The notes: generated by a model not told the origin, from the letters alone. A stretch of 63,598 nucleotides of DNA, filler included, from Nemertoderma westbladi (GCA_032718475.1; 3 parts of 3 records of this genome joined end to end with filler, not necessarily neighbours in it); one strand, 5' to 3'. Counted from the first letter of the whole stretch, positions 10,715 through 21,644 are shown. Translations and numbers: made by a program.

Positions 10715-12177
10715 TTAGATTTGGAGAATAATAATAATTCAAATAATTTAAATAATGATCCAAGCCCGAATTTACAAAATAATTCAAATGATTTTGTTTC
10801 GAACGAACAAATTAATTCCGTTTCCGATATGGGTGCTATTAACGTAAACACGTCGGGCGTGTATGGCCAGGCAGATGGGGGCCTGGTAGGCCGTATAATT
10901 GGTAGGCCGGAAGTGGCGGGATTGAGCCAACCCAGAGAGGGCCTGGTAGGCCGCGTAGTTGGTAGGCAGGGGCCGACTGTGTTGGGTGGACCCAGTGAGG
11001 GCCTGGTAGGCCACGTAGTTGATGGGCGGGGAGTGGCTGGGTCGGGTAGACCCAGCGAGGGCCTGGTAGGCCACGTAGTTGGTAGGCAGGGAGTAGAGGG
11101 CCTGGTAGGCCACGCAATAGCAGAGGGAGAGGCGGGGGTGAATAGACCCGACCGCGGTAGGGTTGATGTGTCGACTAGAGAGGGATATAGTAGCAGGGTG
11201 AGAGATAGCGAAGTTAGATGTGGCGAGTGGGGGGGGGGGGGGGCTACAGGGGCCCCACAACAGCGAGTTAGTGGTGAAAGGGGGGGGGGGGGGCAGAGAG
11301 TGTCCCACAGCCGTCAGCGGATAATGCGCGGGCCAAAATAGGTAAACCGCAACACCCGGCGACGGAGAGTAATAGGGGGATTGCGAGTATCCCCAGCGGC
11401 GTGCGACCGAGCAGAGAGAGACAGGTTGACGTCGTGAGAGGGCGGACGAAGCGTCGAGCCCGATCAGAAGAGGGAAGAAGAACGGTGGGGTTTAACCGGG
11501 AGGTCGACGAGAGATCTCACGAGCGGGAACACTCCACTGAAAGGAGAAGAAGAGAAGACAGTAATATAAGTATCGCCGCGAATGAGAGAAGAGCAAGGAC
11601 GGATAGCGAGCCGTCGGTAGTCGAGATGAGAACGGAGAGTCAGTGGGGTCGGACTCCGGGAGATTGCCATCGCCCTGGAGAGATGCGACCCGGCGAGGCG
11701 CACTACGCGCCGATGGAGGGGTACGCGATGTACCGGTACGAAGACGAGAACAGTAGAAGGGGGGGTCGAAGAGAAACTTTCCGACGGAATATAGCTACCG
11801 ATCGAGAGTACGGTAGCCACGAGGAGGATTACTCGAGAGGAATAAACTTCGATCCCGAGCGAGGCATGCAGACTGTAGGACACACCTTAGGCCTTACTGC
11901 ACATACCATAGGCCATACTGAGAGAGGCAATGTAGGCGATAGGATAGTGCGGACAACGGGATTAAACCCGGAAGTCGCGGAATGCATACCGGCGAATAGG
12001 CCAGAAGCTGATAGGCCTATACCGGTACCAGTACAGCAGTATGACTACAGCATGCAGGGACATAACATATACCCAGGGGAGGGGGGAATTATTGCGGATA
12101 GGTGTATGGGCCCCAACATATTAACATCAACCCCAGTACCAAACATACCGGTGGGGGGGGGGGGGGGGACAGGGTGA
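10715..12177 (+). pseudogene. gag: Gag N-terminal region part 2 (Asn-rich, ~60-bp GLVGxVVGR repeats, Arg/Glu-rich)
   Basis: Continues the Asn-rich tract in frame; frames break near long G runs (~11229, ~11280, ~12152). Confidence 0.55.
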
Positions 12178-12235
12178 CATTCCCCCATCACAATATCAAC
12201 AATACACCCCAATAGGAGCAAGAACAACGAGACCC

Positions 12236-15200
12236 TTGGATGAAAATAGGTCGTGCGACACAGAAATATGGAGGGGGCCGCTACCCCCTATGACATATCC
12301 AAGTCAAAGGAAAGGTGGAAATAGGACAGACGGACCGCACCAGACAGGAGAAACTATACAACATCCATCGAACCTGTTGGAAGCACAGGCGATGGGGATG
12401 GCCACATTGATCGATGCGTTGAAAACGAGGATCGAGTTACCACCCGTGGAACCATTCAAATTCGATGGAAGTAGGCCGGAAGAATATCTACAGTTTCGGC
12501 GCATGTATAGTAACGAAATACTAACAAAGAACTTGACGCAGGCAGAGTGCCTAAAGTATCTGCAAGTATACACGGGAGGCCCAGCATACGATATCGTGAG
12601 GCAATATCAAGGAATAGAGGGCGGCTTCACGACAGCATGGCGGGCTCTGGACAGGGAATATGGGCACCCGGCCAAGATCATAAGGCAGACGCTGAGAGGC
12701 ATAACATCGGGTGGCCTACAGGATAATCCCGTTAGCATTAAGACGTTCGCTAACAAAGTCGAAAAGGCGCTAATCGTGCTGAAGACGCTAGACGCGCCAT
12801 ACGAGCTCAACGTGTCCAATAACATCACCACGATAGCGCAGGCACTACCGAACTGGCTGCGCAACAAGTGGAGGAAAATTGCCTTCTCCACTCGAGACAA
12901 GAAGGGTGCGGAACCGGGTCTAGAAGAAATGTCAAGCTTCTTAAACTACGAGGCTGTACTAATAACTGACCCAGTCTATAGCGAAGATAGCCTGGGAAAG
13001 GGACCGAAGACGGATTACCATAGACCGAAACCAGAGCACAATACATCAAACGCATTACCGAGGCTCAGGCAATCATTGCCATATGCAGCGACGCAGGGGA
13101 CTACGAGTCCACAGCTAGCCGAAGACAAGACCACACCATGGAACGGACAGGGGAACAATAACAACACGAATAAATATAACCCCAGTACGTCCAGTAGGCC
13201 GAATGCAAACAATAAGAATAGTAGGGACTTTGGTACAAACGCAGCTGCGATACGCAATGCGCTGTATAAGGAGGGCTACGACCCAAAGAGCAAATGCCAG
13301 CTACACGCAAATGCGCTTCATCAAACCATGAACTGCAGGTACTGGCAGGCGCTACCTAGGCAAGATCAGATAGATTATGCGTTGAGCAATAAAATCTGCT
13401 CGCGGTGTGTGATGAGTGGACATAGAGCTAGGGAATGCAAGGAGAAGCCGGTAAAGTTCGGTCAAAGGAGAGGCCAAACGATGGCAACGAGCACAGTAGG
13501 GGCGAAGAAGAGAGGAACAGTGCTACTTGGAGTAGTACCCGTGCGAGTGATTGGGGAAGGCAATCGATCAGTAACAACACTAATGCTGGTTGACAGTGGA
13601 GCTGCCTTCACATTAGTCGAGGAATGGGTGGCCGAAGAGATAGGATTAAGAACGAGGCCAAGCAGAATGGCGGTAACAACCATCTCTAGCAAAGATGAGA
13701 TCCTGGAGATGAGAACAGGACGGTGCGCAATTGCAGCGGTGGCACCGGGGTGCGACTACGGGGCAACCATCGACCCCATCCAAGTGATAGAGTCAATTAA
13801 TATCAATGCCAGGAGGCCAACCAACATCGAGGTCGAGGAATATAAATTCCTGGACGACATTGACTTCTCAATCCCAAGTGTGGACGTTAGGAAGGTATCC
13901 ATCATAGTGGGAATAGACTGCCCAACGGCCCACGAAAGAATGAAAACGGTCTTCGGCAAAGACAAGCAGTGTGACCCGGTGGCGATATTAACACCATTTT
14001 GGTGGACGCTGAGTGGCCCAATCAAGAGCAAGATACCATTTAGGATGTCGGAGACATCAGGATGCATGTTTGCGGGAACAATGCAGGAAATGGGTGATGA
14101 GGGAGCAGAGGAGCAGCTTAAAAGACTGCTCAGGCAAGATTTTGAGGGACTGAAAGAAACCGGGGTCGGGACCTCGGTAGAAGACAAGCAGGCTTTACAA
14201 AGCGTGGAGGAATCGATGACATGCGATGAGGGGCGGTATACTATAGGAATGGTATGGAAACTACCGAAGATACCGCTGCCCGATAATAGAGGGATGGTAC
14301 TCACGAGACTCCGCAAGCTGAAACAAACACTAAAACGGAGCCCCGAGAAGAATGAGTACATCCACAGAACGATTAAGAAGTACGTCGAGAAAGGATGGGC
14401 CGTGGAGTTACCGGTCGACGAACCGAACACGGACAGGACATATTACCTGCCACTCCACGTGGCTTTGGACCCAAAGAAAGGTAAACTGCAGATGGTAGTT
14501 GACGCATCGGCAAAGACCAACGGGAAATGCCTAAACGACTATCTGTTAGAAGGTCCAAACATATACAACTCGGGCATAGAGGTCCTACTTAGATTTAGAA
14601 ATGGGAAACACGCCATCACGTGTGACATAGAAGGCATGTTCAACCAAGTCCGTGTAACAGAGGAAGATAGCGACAGTCATCGCTTCTTATGGTATAACGG
14701 CGAGGAAGAACCGTCGATAATACCGGCATATAAGATGGTAGTACAAAACATGGGGGCAAAGTCGTCTTCATTTACGACGACTATGGCAGTGAGAGACACA
14801 GTGAAGGGGAAGGAAGATAGGTACAGCAGTAGGGCCGTCGATATGATTCGACGCGGCTTCTACATAGACGACGGAATGGAGTCTGGAAATACGGTTAAGG
14901 AGATACTGGACACGGGGCGCGAGGTTCGCGACATCCTAAAAAGATCCGGCTTTAACCTGACCAAATTCCAATCCAGTTTGGAAGAATTCATCAAGGCAAT
15001 AGAGGACAAGAGGCCAGAATCGACCATGGATAATCCCACAACAGCCAAAGGGCAGGACATGGCGAACAAGAGAACAGAATCTCAACAGAAGGCATTGGGA
15101 ATCGTGTGGAACAGAGAGACAGACGAACTGAAGTATCAGCTGAGCCAGGAGGGTGCAGACATCCACACGAAGAGGGGCTATGTATCGTATATAGCAAGGA

Positions 15201-15472
15201 TATACGATCCCCTAGGCCTAGCATCCCCATTATTAGTCACGGGGAAACAGATACTCAAGAGAGTATACAAATTGAAGGATGAGTGGGACATAGAGGTACC
15301 AGAGGAAATCAAGAAACAGTGGAGTAAGTGGACAGGAGACTTGGAGAAGATGGGAACATACAATATGCCACGAGTGTATTTCCCGGATGGGAACATGACG
15401 AATCTGGACCTACACATGTTCTCCGATGCGTCGTTGGAGGCGTACGGAGCGGCACTCTATTTAGTACAATGA
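12236..15472 (+). CDS. gag-pol: BEL/Pao gag core - zinc knuckle - protease - reverse transcriptase - RNase H start
   Basis: PFKFDG..CLKYL gag motif; CSRCVMSGHRAREC; LVDSGAAFT protease; YYLPLH, DIEGMFNQV and FYIDD RT motifs; IYDPLG and HMFSDAS..AYGA RNase H motifs. Confidence 0.93.
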   Translation: MDENRSCDTEIWRGPLPPMTYPSQRKGGNRTDGPHQTGETIQHPSNLLEAQAMGMATLIDALKTRIELPPVEPFKFDGSRPEEYLQFRRMYSNEILTKNLTQAECLKYLQVYTGGPAYDIVRQYQGIEGGFTTAWRALDREYGHPAKIIRQTLRGITSGGLQDNPVSIKTFANKVEKALIVLKTLDAPYELNVSNNITTIAQALPNWLRNKWRKIAFSTRDKKGAEPGLEEMSSFLNYEAVLITDPVYSEDSLGKGPKTDYHRPKPEHNTSNALPRLRQSLPYAATQGTTSPQLAEDKTTPWNGQGNNNNTNKYNPSTSSRPNANNKNSRDFGTNAAAIRNALYKEGYDPKSKCQLHANALHQTMNCRYWQALPRQDQIDYALSNKICSRCVMSGHRARECKEKPVKFGQRRGQTMATSTVGAKKRGTVLLGVVPVRVIGEGNRSVTTLMLVDSGAAFTLVEEWVAEEIGLRTRPSRMAVTTISSKDEILEMRTGRCAIAAVAPGCDYGATIDPIQVIESININARRPTNIEVEEYKFLDDIDFSIPSVDVRKVSIIVGIDCPTAHERMKTVFGKDKQCDPVAILTPFWWTLSGPIKSKIPFRMSETSGCMFAGTMQEMGDEGAEEQLKRLLRQDFEGLKETGVGTSVEDKQALQSVEESMTCDEGRYTIGMVWKLPKIPLPDNRGMVLTRLRKLKQTLKRSPEKNEYIHRTIKKYVEKGWAVELPVDEPNTDRTYYLPLHVALDPKKGKLQMVVDASAKTNGKCLNDYLLEGPNIYNSGIEVLLRFRNGKHAITCDIEGMFNQVRVTEEDSDSHRFLWYNGEEEPSIIPAYKMVVQNMGAKSSSFTTTMAVRDTVKGKEDRYSSRAVDMIRRGFYIDDGMESGNTVKEILDTGREVRDILKRSGFNLTKFQSSLEEFIKAIEDKRPESTMDNPTTAKGQDMANKRTESQQKALGIVWNRETDELKYQLSQEGADIHTKRGYVSYIARIYDPLGLASPLLVTGKQILKRVYKLKDEWDIEVPEEIKKQWSKWTGDLEKMGTYNMPRVYFPDGNMTNLDLHMFSDASLEAYGAALYLVQ

Positions 15473-17494
15473 GAGGGGGCTCATAAACCCAGACTAGCCT
15501 TTAGCAAAGCAAAGTCAACGCTGCCAGATTTAGCATCAGTTCCCAAGTTAGAATTGACAGCTGCGAGACTAGGAGTTAGAGCCACAGCCTACCTAGTGGA
15601 CACTATTCCCAATATAGTGGAGACACACTACTGGACGGACTCCATGGTAGTGCTTGGTTGGCTACATAACGAAAGGACGAGATACCCGATATTTGTCGCA
15701 AACAGAGTGGACGAAATAAGGGCGACCACAGAACTGGAAAGGTGGCACTACTGCCCAACAGACGAGAACCCAGCGGACTTGTTGTCGAGGGGCGTGGTAC
15801 GCCACACTTTCTTGAAGAAGGAAGTATTGTGGCAACATGGGCCACAATTTCTGAGCGATAAGGAGGCCTGGCCACCGATGAGAAAGGTGGATCCGGGCTC
15901 AGAAGTAGTGTCAGAGGGAGAAGAGGGAGATTCAGAGGGAGAAGAGATATACTCCCAGATGGTGAGGGAGATTAGGGACGTGCAACCAAGACAAGAACTG
16001 TGCGATAACCCGACAGATAAACTCCTCAGCTACAGTTCTAGTTGGTATAAGACCAAGAAACTAGTGGCGTACTGGAGAGCCTTTGGGAATTTCCTCGCGG
16101 GAGTCAGCAAGGACAAGAAGATCAAGATATACATAGATCTGGAAGGAGCGGCCAAGGCAGTCATCCGCTATGAACAACGGAAGAACTATGGCGACGAGGT
16201 GGAACGCGTCGGTAACCAACAACACCTTCGACGGGACAGCGAGCTGATCGCGCTGTCGCCACAACTTAATGACGACGGGATTCTAGTAATGAATTCCAGG
16301 GTGGGATACAACAACAGCATAATCGTACCACCGAAACCCATCATCATTCCAACAGGAGCGCCAATAGTTCACCAGATTATCTGGGACTCCCACAAGTCGA
16401 TATTGCACGGGGGCACCAACAGAACTCTCACGGAGATAAGGAGGACCTTTTGGGTCAAACAGTTGAGGAAGAAGGTAAAAGCGGTAGTGGGGCAGTGCCA
16501 GACCTGCCGACGAGCGAAGAAGGAGCAAGCCATACAAGATATGGCGCCACTACCAGCGAGCAGAGTAAGACAGCACGACGCGCCTTTTACGCATTGCGGT
16601 GTGGACATGTTCGGGCCGATAAAGATCAAGGTGATGCGGCACATGGAGAAACGCTACGGTATCATCTTCGTATGTAACAACACGCGGGCGGTAGGGATAG
16701 AACTCGCCCAAGACGCTACCGCATCAGCATTCATTAATGCCTTAGAAAGGTTCAGAGACCGCAAAGGTGGGACGATCGCAGTGATATACAGCGACAACGG
16801 CACCAACTTTGTGGGTGCAGAGAATGAGATGGCAGAGGCCTTGGACATCTTGGAAGGGGAGGAAGTCAGGGCGGCCATGAGACGACGACAAGTAAAATGG
16901 GAGAAAAGGACGCCGTATGCACCACATACACTAGGATGCGTCGAGAGACTTGTGGGCAGTTCAAAGCATCTAATGACGAAGCTAATGAACACCCACATGG
17001 TCACTGAGGACGTCTTACGGACAGTGCTTGTGAAGTGCGAGGGGATCATTAATAGCAGACCGCTATGATATGATGACCCTGAGTCACTAGACGTGCTGAC
17101 GCCTAGCCATTTTCTGATGGAAAGGCCAGCGACCATCGATATGCGGGGTGTAGACCCAGATGACATACACTCCCGCCAGAGTTGGAAAGTCGCTAAAGCA
17201 ATAAGCGCAGAGTATTGGAGGAGGTGGGTAGAATAATACTTACCCACACTCCATAAAAGAGGCAAGTGGAGGAAGCCGAATAGGGAGTTAAGAGTAGGAG
17301 ATCTCGTAATCGTTACGGATGATACTATCATCAACAACCAGTGGAGGTTGGCGAGAGTTGTAGGCACTTACTCCGATGAGGACGGAAGAGTCCGATCGGT
17401 AGAAGTGCGGATAGGTGGTAAGATAGGTGCGAAGGACAGAAAAACCTACAGGAGAGCTGTAGGGAAATGCTGTCTGCTAGAAGGGGCACCTTAG
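15473..17494 (+). pseudogene. pol: RNase H - integrase - C-terminal (DUF5641-like) part of pol, with a frameshift and stops
   Basis: PKLEL, WTDS and NPADLLSRG; HHCC zinc finger (HKSILH..CQTC); DDE triad GVDMFGP / SDNGTNF / GCVERL; in-frame stops at 17066 and ~17234; ends KCCLLEGAP-TAG at 17494. Confidence 0.9.
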
Positions 17495-17529
17495 TGGAGT
17501 TAGAGAAGAGTTTAGTCGTCCAAGCTTTG

Positions 17530-17600
17530 GACTGAGGGGGGTGGGATTGAGGGCGAGACGCCCTTCCCACGCAAATAAAAAAAAAAAAAAAAAATAGAAA
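17530..17600 (+). other. PPT-like tract + stem-loop + A-tract after the pol stop
   Basis: GAGGGGGGTGGGATTGAGGGCG-AGA-CGCCCTTCCCAC then AAATAAA and a long A run; conserved in the sister element at ~56078-56120 (minus strand). Confidence 0.65.
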
Positions 17601-17629
17601 ATAAAAATAAAAATAATAGTACATACTAG

Positions 17630-18110
17630 GTACGCAGTTAGTAGGCAGAAGTTGGTTAAGAGGTACGTAATACCTAGAGTCAGTTAGTTAGGAGGTACGT
17701 AGTACCGTCAGTTAGTTAGTTAGTTAGGAGGTACCTAGTACCGTTAGTTAGAGAGTTAGAGGGTACGTAGTACCGCTAGTTACTTAGACGGTTAGAGGGT
17801 ACGTAGTACCGCTAGTTAGTTAGAGAGTTAGAGGGTACGCAGTACCGCTAGTTAGTTAGAGAGTTAGAGGGTACGTAGTACCGCTAGTTAGTTAGAGAGT
17901 TAGAGGGTACGTAGTACCGCTAGTTGGTTAGAGAGTTAGAAGGTACGTAGTACCGCTAGTTAGTTAGAGAGTTAGAAGGTACGTAGTACCGCTAGTTAGT
18001 TAGAGAGTTAGAGGGTACGTAGTACCGCTAGTTAGTTAGAGAGTTAGAGGGTACGTAGTACCGCTAGTTAGTTAGAGAGTTAGAGGGTACGTAGTACCGT
18101 TAGTTAGAGA
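17630..18110 (+). repeat. 36-bp internal tandem repeat (GAGAGTTAGAGGGTACGTAGTACCGCTAGTTAGTTA)
   Basis: About 10 near-perfect units from ~17750 plus degenerate 5' units; each contains the palindrome GGTAC-GTA-GTACC. Confidence 0.92.
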
Positions 18111-18588
18111 GAGAGAGTAAGAGGTAGAAGGGTATATAGGATATAGATATTAGTTAGCAGTTAGTAGCGAGAGGGGGGCATATGAGTACAGCTGGGTAAA
18201 TCGTGTGGCCACACGACGCATACTGCTGTACTGCACAGGCCCACAGAGTAGGCCAGAATGTGGATTAGAGAATAGAATAATCCATAGGCAATAGTGAGTA
18301 GTAGGACAGTAGAATTAAAACTAAAATAAATAGAATAGGGCTGAAAGTTACAAATTGTGGCAACACTAGGAAAGTTATTCTGGAACATAATAAAAGTAAC
18401 GGACAGAAATCGAAATTAGGGTGTATTTATTAGCTTCAAAATTAATTAGTAATAATTTAGGCTAAAAGGGCGCAGTTAAGTAAGAAATAGGCCATTATCG
18501 GACCGTACAGAACATCTTAGATACATCACTCATCTGTATTGCGCCTTGGTAAGGCACCACCTTACAGGTGAGCGAGTGAGTGTTCGGA

Positions 18589-19757
18589 ATGGCGAGCAAA
18601 TTGATCAGAAAGAGAAAGGCGGAGTCAGGAGGAATGGAGATACTGGTGGATTTCACCGAGAGGCACCCGGAAGAGAAGACGAGAGGATACTACGAGAGGT
18701 TGGAAAGGGGTCACGCGGCACGAGCGCTGCAGGATCATTTCCGGGAGATGCACGAACAGCGGCTGGTCGGGACCTACGGGACGCTGTTGCTGGACAACGC
18801 GATCTTCCAACACTTCCACTACGTGGTGAAAGGGGACGAGGCGAAGTTTGGGATTCCGAAGTACCCGAGGGAATCACCGAGAAAGGACTGGAAGAGATTC
18901 ATAGAGTCCATCAACAGGGGAGGATATATGATCCTAGACGACGAGGGAACCGTGGAAGACGAGGCGGGTTCGAGACGAGGATCGGCGGGGTCGGCCAGGA
19001 CCATACTCCTACATTTGGCCGCGCCAAATGGGGACATCTTCCTATTCGATCTAGGAACGTATGGGAAGAAGGACGGGCCGAAATTGAACCGGTTGCCGAA
19101 AGCGGTACAAGTCTTGGTAAGAGAGAAGTCGACGACGAAAGTGGGATCGGCGATTCGCGAGGATGCGGAGAGGATCATCGGTCCGGACGCCACCAACCTC
19201 CTGGATATGCAGAAGGTCTTTATGGCTATGACGGCACCGGATGGGTTGGGGGTAGTCGAAAACACAGGCCAATGCGGGGCGGTGGCAATGGGCCAATTAT
19301 TGGCCCATGGATAATGATAAGTTTGCTTAACTTATTCATGACCGTGGTTATCGAGAGGGAACCAGCAGCATTTCTGTTATCGGGATCACCCCTAAGCTAT
19401 AGGAGAGCCTTTAAAGTGGCCTTCAACGGTCTGGTAGACCACCCGGGGCTGAAGGGCGAGTCGGTGTACTACAACAGCCGACATCTGGTAGACGGGGAGA
19501 CAGATACGCCGTATCAGAGATGGGAGCAGCTAGAGACGGATAGACGAGAAGTAAAGCGACTGGAAGAAGTCGCTAGACGGGAGAGGATAGAAGCAGAGGA
19601 GAGGGAAGAGGAGGCCAGGACGCAGAGTTACGGCTTCGAGGAACAGGCAGGCCTAGACGAACTTCATTGGACTTCGTCAGCGAGTTCGGGGGAGTCTCTA
19701 GGGCGAGAACTGGGATGTACGGTGGGATCACCGAAACAGTCGACGTCGGGGTTGTGA
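18589..19757 (+). CDS. DEDD-family 3'-5' exonuclease domain (WRN/EXD1/Mut-7/RNase D-like), frameshifted at ~19310
   Basis: ExoI ILDDEG; LLHLAAPNGDIFLFDL; LPKAVQVLV..KVGSAIREDA (ExoII); LLDMQKVF. ExoII is followed by a break and no ExoIII YxxxD is visible. Reading continues in another frame (WIMISLL..). Confidence 0.72.
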
Positions 19758-19760
19758 TAG

Positions 19761-20972
19761 ATGCCCATACCAGTGGGCGCCGAAGGCGACCAACCGCCAA
19801 GGAAGTTAAGGGAACTAGAGGGATGGAGAGCTACGGGCGAGAGCCAAGGCCGGAAGGGACATAGTGGATTCATCGGGATACCGGGGTTGAAGCCACTGCC
19901 AGAGGAGGAGGAGGACGACGACGAGTTCGGAGAAATGCCGCCCATCGAGAGGATAGGCCACTCGGACACGGACTGGGTTGGCGGTAGGGTGGTGACGGCC
20001 AGTGGGGCGAGGGCCTTCTGGAACAGATCCGGCAAGCGGACCTGGGTGCACGAGGAGCCGGCGATGGATTTCGCGGGGAGCACTATCAGGTTGGGCGAGC
20101 AACCGGGGACGGCACCACGGATAGTATTCGGGGAGACGATGCCCGAGAGGGGCGGAGAGATCGACGTAGACAGAGACACCAACGTGGAGAAGTTTGCCTA
20201 CCAGCGACTCCACAGACCGCAGAGATCGCTTGGGATGAAGGACGACGTGGGGCGGGAGACATTGGTACTCGGCTGCGACTACTGTGGCAGGCAGACCCAC
20301 CAGGAAAGGAGCTGCTTGTACCGGTTCCAAAAGGGAACCTTTTGTCTCTACTGCCGAGAGCCGAGCCACAGGATGGGGGCGTGTCCACGGTTGCATAACC
20401 GATGTCCAAAGTGCAACTTTCGGGGACACTTCGGACGCCAGTGCGACTGGATGGACGATGAGGAGAAGTTCAGGAGAATCGAGGAGTGGGCCGACATCGG
20501 GGCTATGACGCGCCAGCGCATGAAGGCCCAGGAGTTCAAGTGGGGTTTCTTCCTTATCAATCAGGAGGCTCACATGGAAATCATAAAGCGGAGGCTACCG
20601 TTTACCTATCAAGAGGTAGCAACGGCGGCGTCGTATGCCGGAGTGATGAACACACAAAGATATTTGGACAGGTGGACGCCACAGAACCGAGGGGAGTTTA
20701 GGGATTTCTTGGCGGAGCACGTGCCGCAAGCAATGAAAATGATCCTATGGGACGCCACCAGAGGGAGACAACAGGGCCACTCTGAGGGGCCACCGGTGAA
20801 GCGATATCGGGCACTAATAACACCAGCGCCCAAGGAGCCAACAACCGGAATCAGCAGGGAGGTGGCGGCAAAAGTCCGAAAGCAGAAAGCGGACCCCAGA
20901 GGAGCGGTGGTAACCAAGAAACGACCCAGGGAAGAGGACGCCAGGGGGAACTACCCCCAGAGGAACAGATAG
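19761..20972 (+). CDS. Triple CCHC zinc-knuckle protein (probable C-terminal half of the exonuclease ORF)
   Basis: CDYCGRQTHQERSC, CLYCREPSHRMGAC and CPKCNFRGHFGRQC (three CX2CX4HX4C); acidic EEEEDDDE linker; basic C-terminus (KKRPR). Confidence 0.75.
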   Translation: MPIPVGAEGDQPPRKLRELEGWRATGESQGRKGHSGFIGIPGLKPLPEEEEDDDEFGEMPPIERIGHSDTDWVGGRVVTASGARAFWNRSGKRTWVHEEPAMDFAGSTIRLGEQPGTAPRIVFGETMPERGGEIDVDRDTNVEKFAYQRLHRPQRSLGMKDDVGRETLVLGCDYCGRQTHQERSCLYRFQKGTFCLYCREPSHRMGACPRLHNRCPKCNFRGHFGRQCDWMDDEEKFRRIEEWADIGAMTRQRMKAQEFKWGFFLINQEAHMEIIKRRLPFTYQEVATAASYAGVMNTQRYLDRWTPQNRGEFRDFLAEHVPQAMKMILWDATRGRQQGHSEGPPVKRYRALITPAPKEPTTGISREVAAKVRKQKADPRGAVVTKKRPREEDARGNYPQRNR

Positions 20973-21644
20973 GTTCCTAGGGCCGGGGGGAGAGGAACTG
21001 AGACTTGAATGTGGTACGCCTGGAAGGCGCCGCGTGGGACGTACGAACTATTAAGTATAAATCAAGCTGATGCAAATAATTAAATAAGTGCAATTATATG
21101 TACATACGTAGTGATCAGTAGTTTAGCAATAAAAATATACGTTTGGAGTAAGTACTATAGTCATACAACCTTTCTCAATTAGCTACTGGGACTGGGGGGA
21201 TAACTGACTATGGCACTATGGACGAGACACCAGACGATTTCACACTTCTTGAGTGCGACGGCACAAGAGGGGGGGAGATTCGTCAGAAGGGATGAGATAG
21301 TCGAAGTGGGGTTGAGGGACGGAGTAATGGTGCGAAGTGCGGAGAGGCTGCAGACGCAATTCTAGTGTGGGGGGGAGAATAAGAGGCTGAGTGAGGGATG
21401 AGGAGGTCCGAGGGTTTGAGAGAGTTAGGGTGAGAGTGGAGAAGAGATAGGGCGAAAGTGTTGGGGAAACAAAAGTCGCATGAGAGATGAGCGTGATCGG
21501 CCCGACATGGGACGCCAGGCATATAGGGTAGCGTTATCATACCCATAGGGAGCGGCCTGGAAAGCCGGCTCCGAGAGAAAAGAATTCCACCCCTCACCCG
21601 ATACTAGATCGGGATCCAGCGGGATTGTAGCGCACTTAAGGTGG

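Noticed and set aside
12304-17367. Multiple antisense ORFs over gag-pol (also over the CRE and exonuclease ORFs)
   Set aside because: Shadow frames of long coding sequences with no motifs.
17630-18110. 36-bp palindromic repeat as a CRISPR repeat
   Set aside because: Head-to-tail tandem copies without spacers, in a eukaryotic retroelement.
18546-20972. Envelope glycoprotein in the ORF3 position
   Set aside because: No signal peptide, furin-site/fusion-peptide layout or C-terminal transmembrane anchor; motifs fit an exonuclease and zinc knuckles instead.
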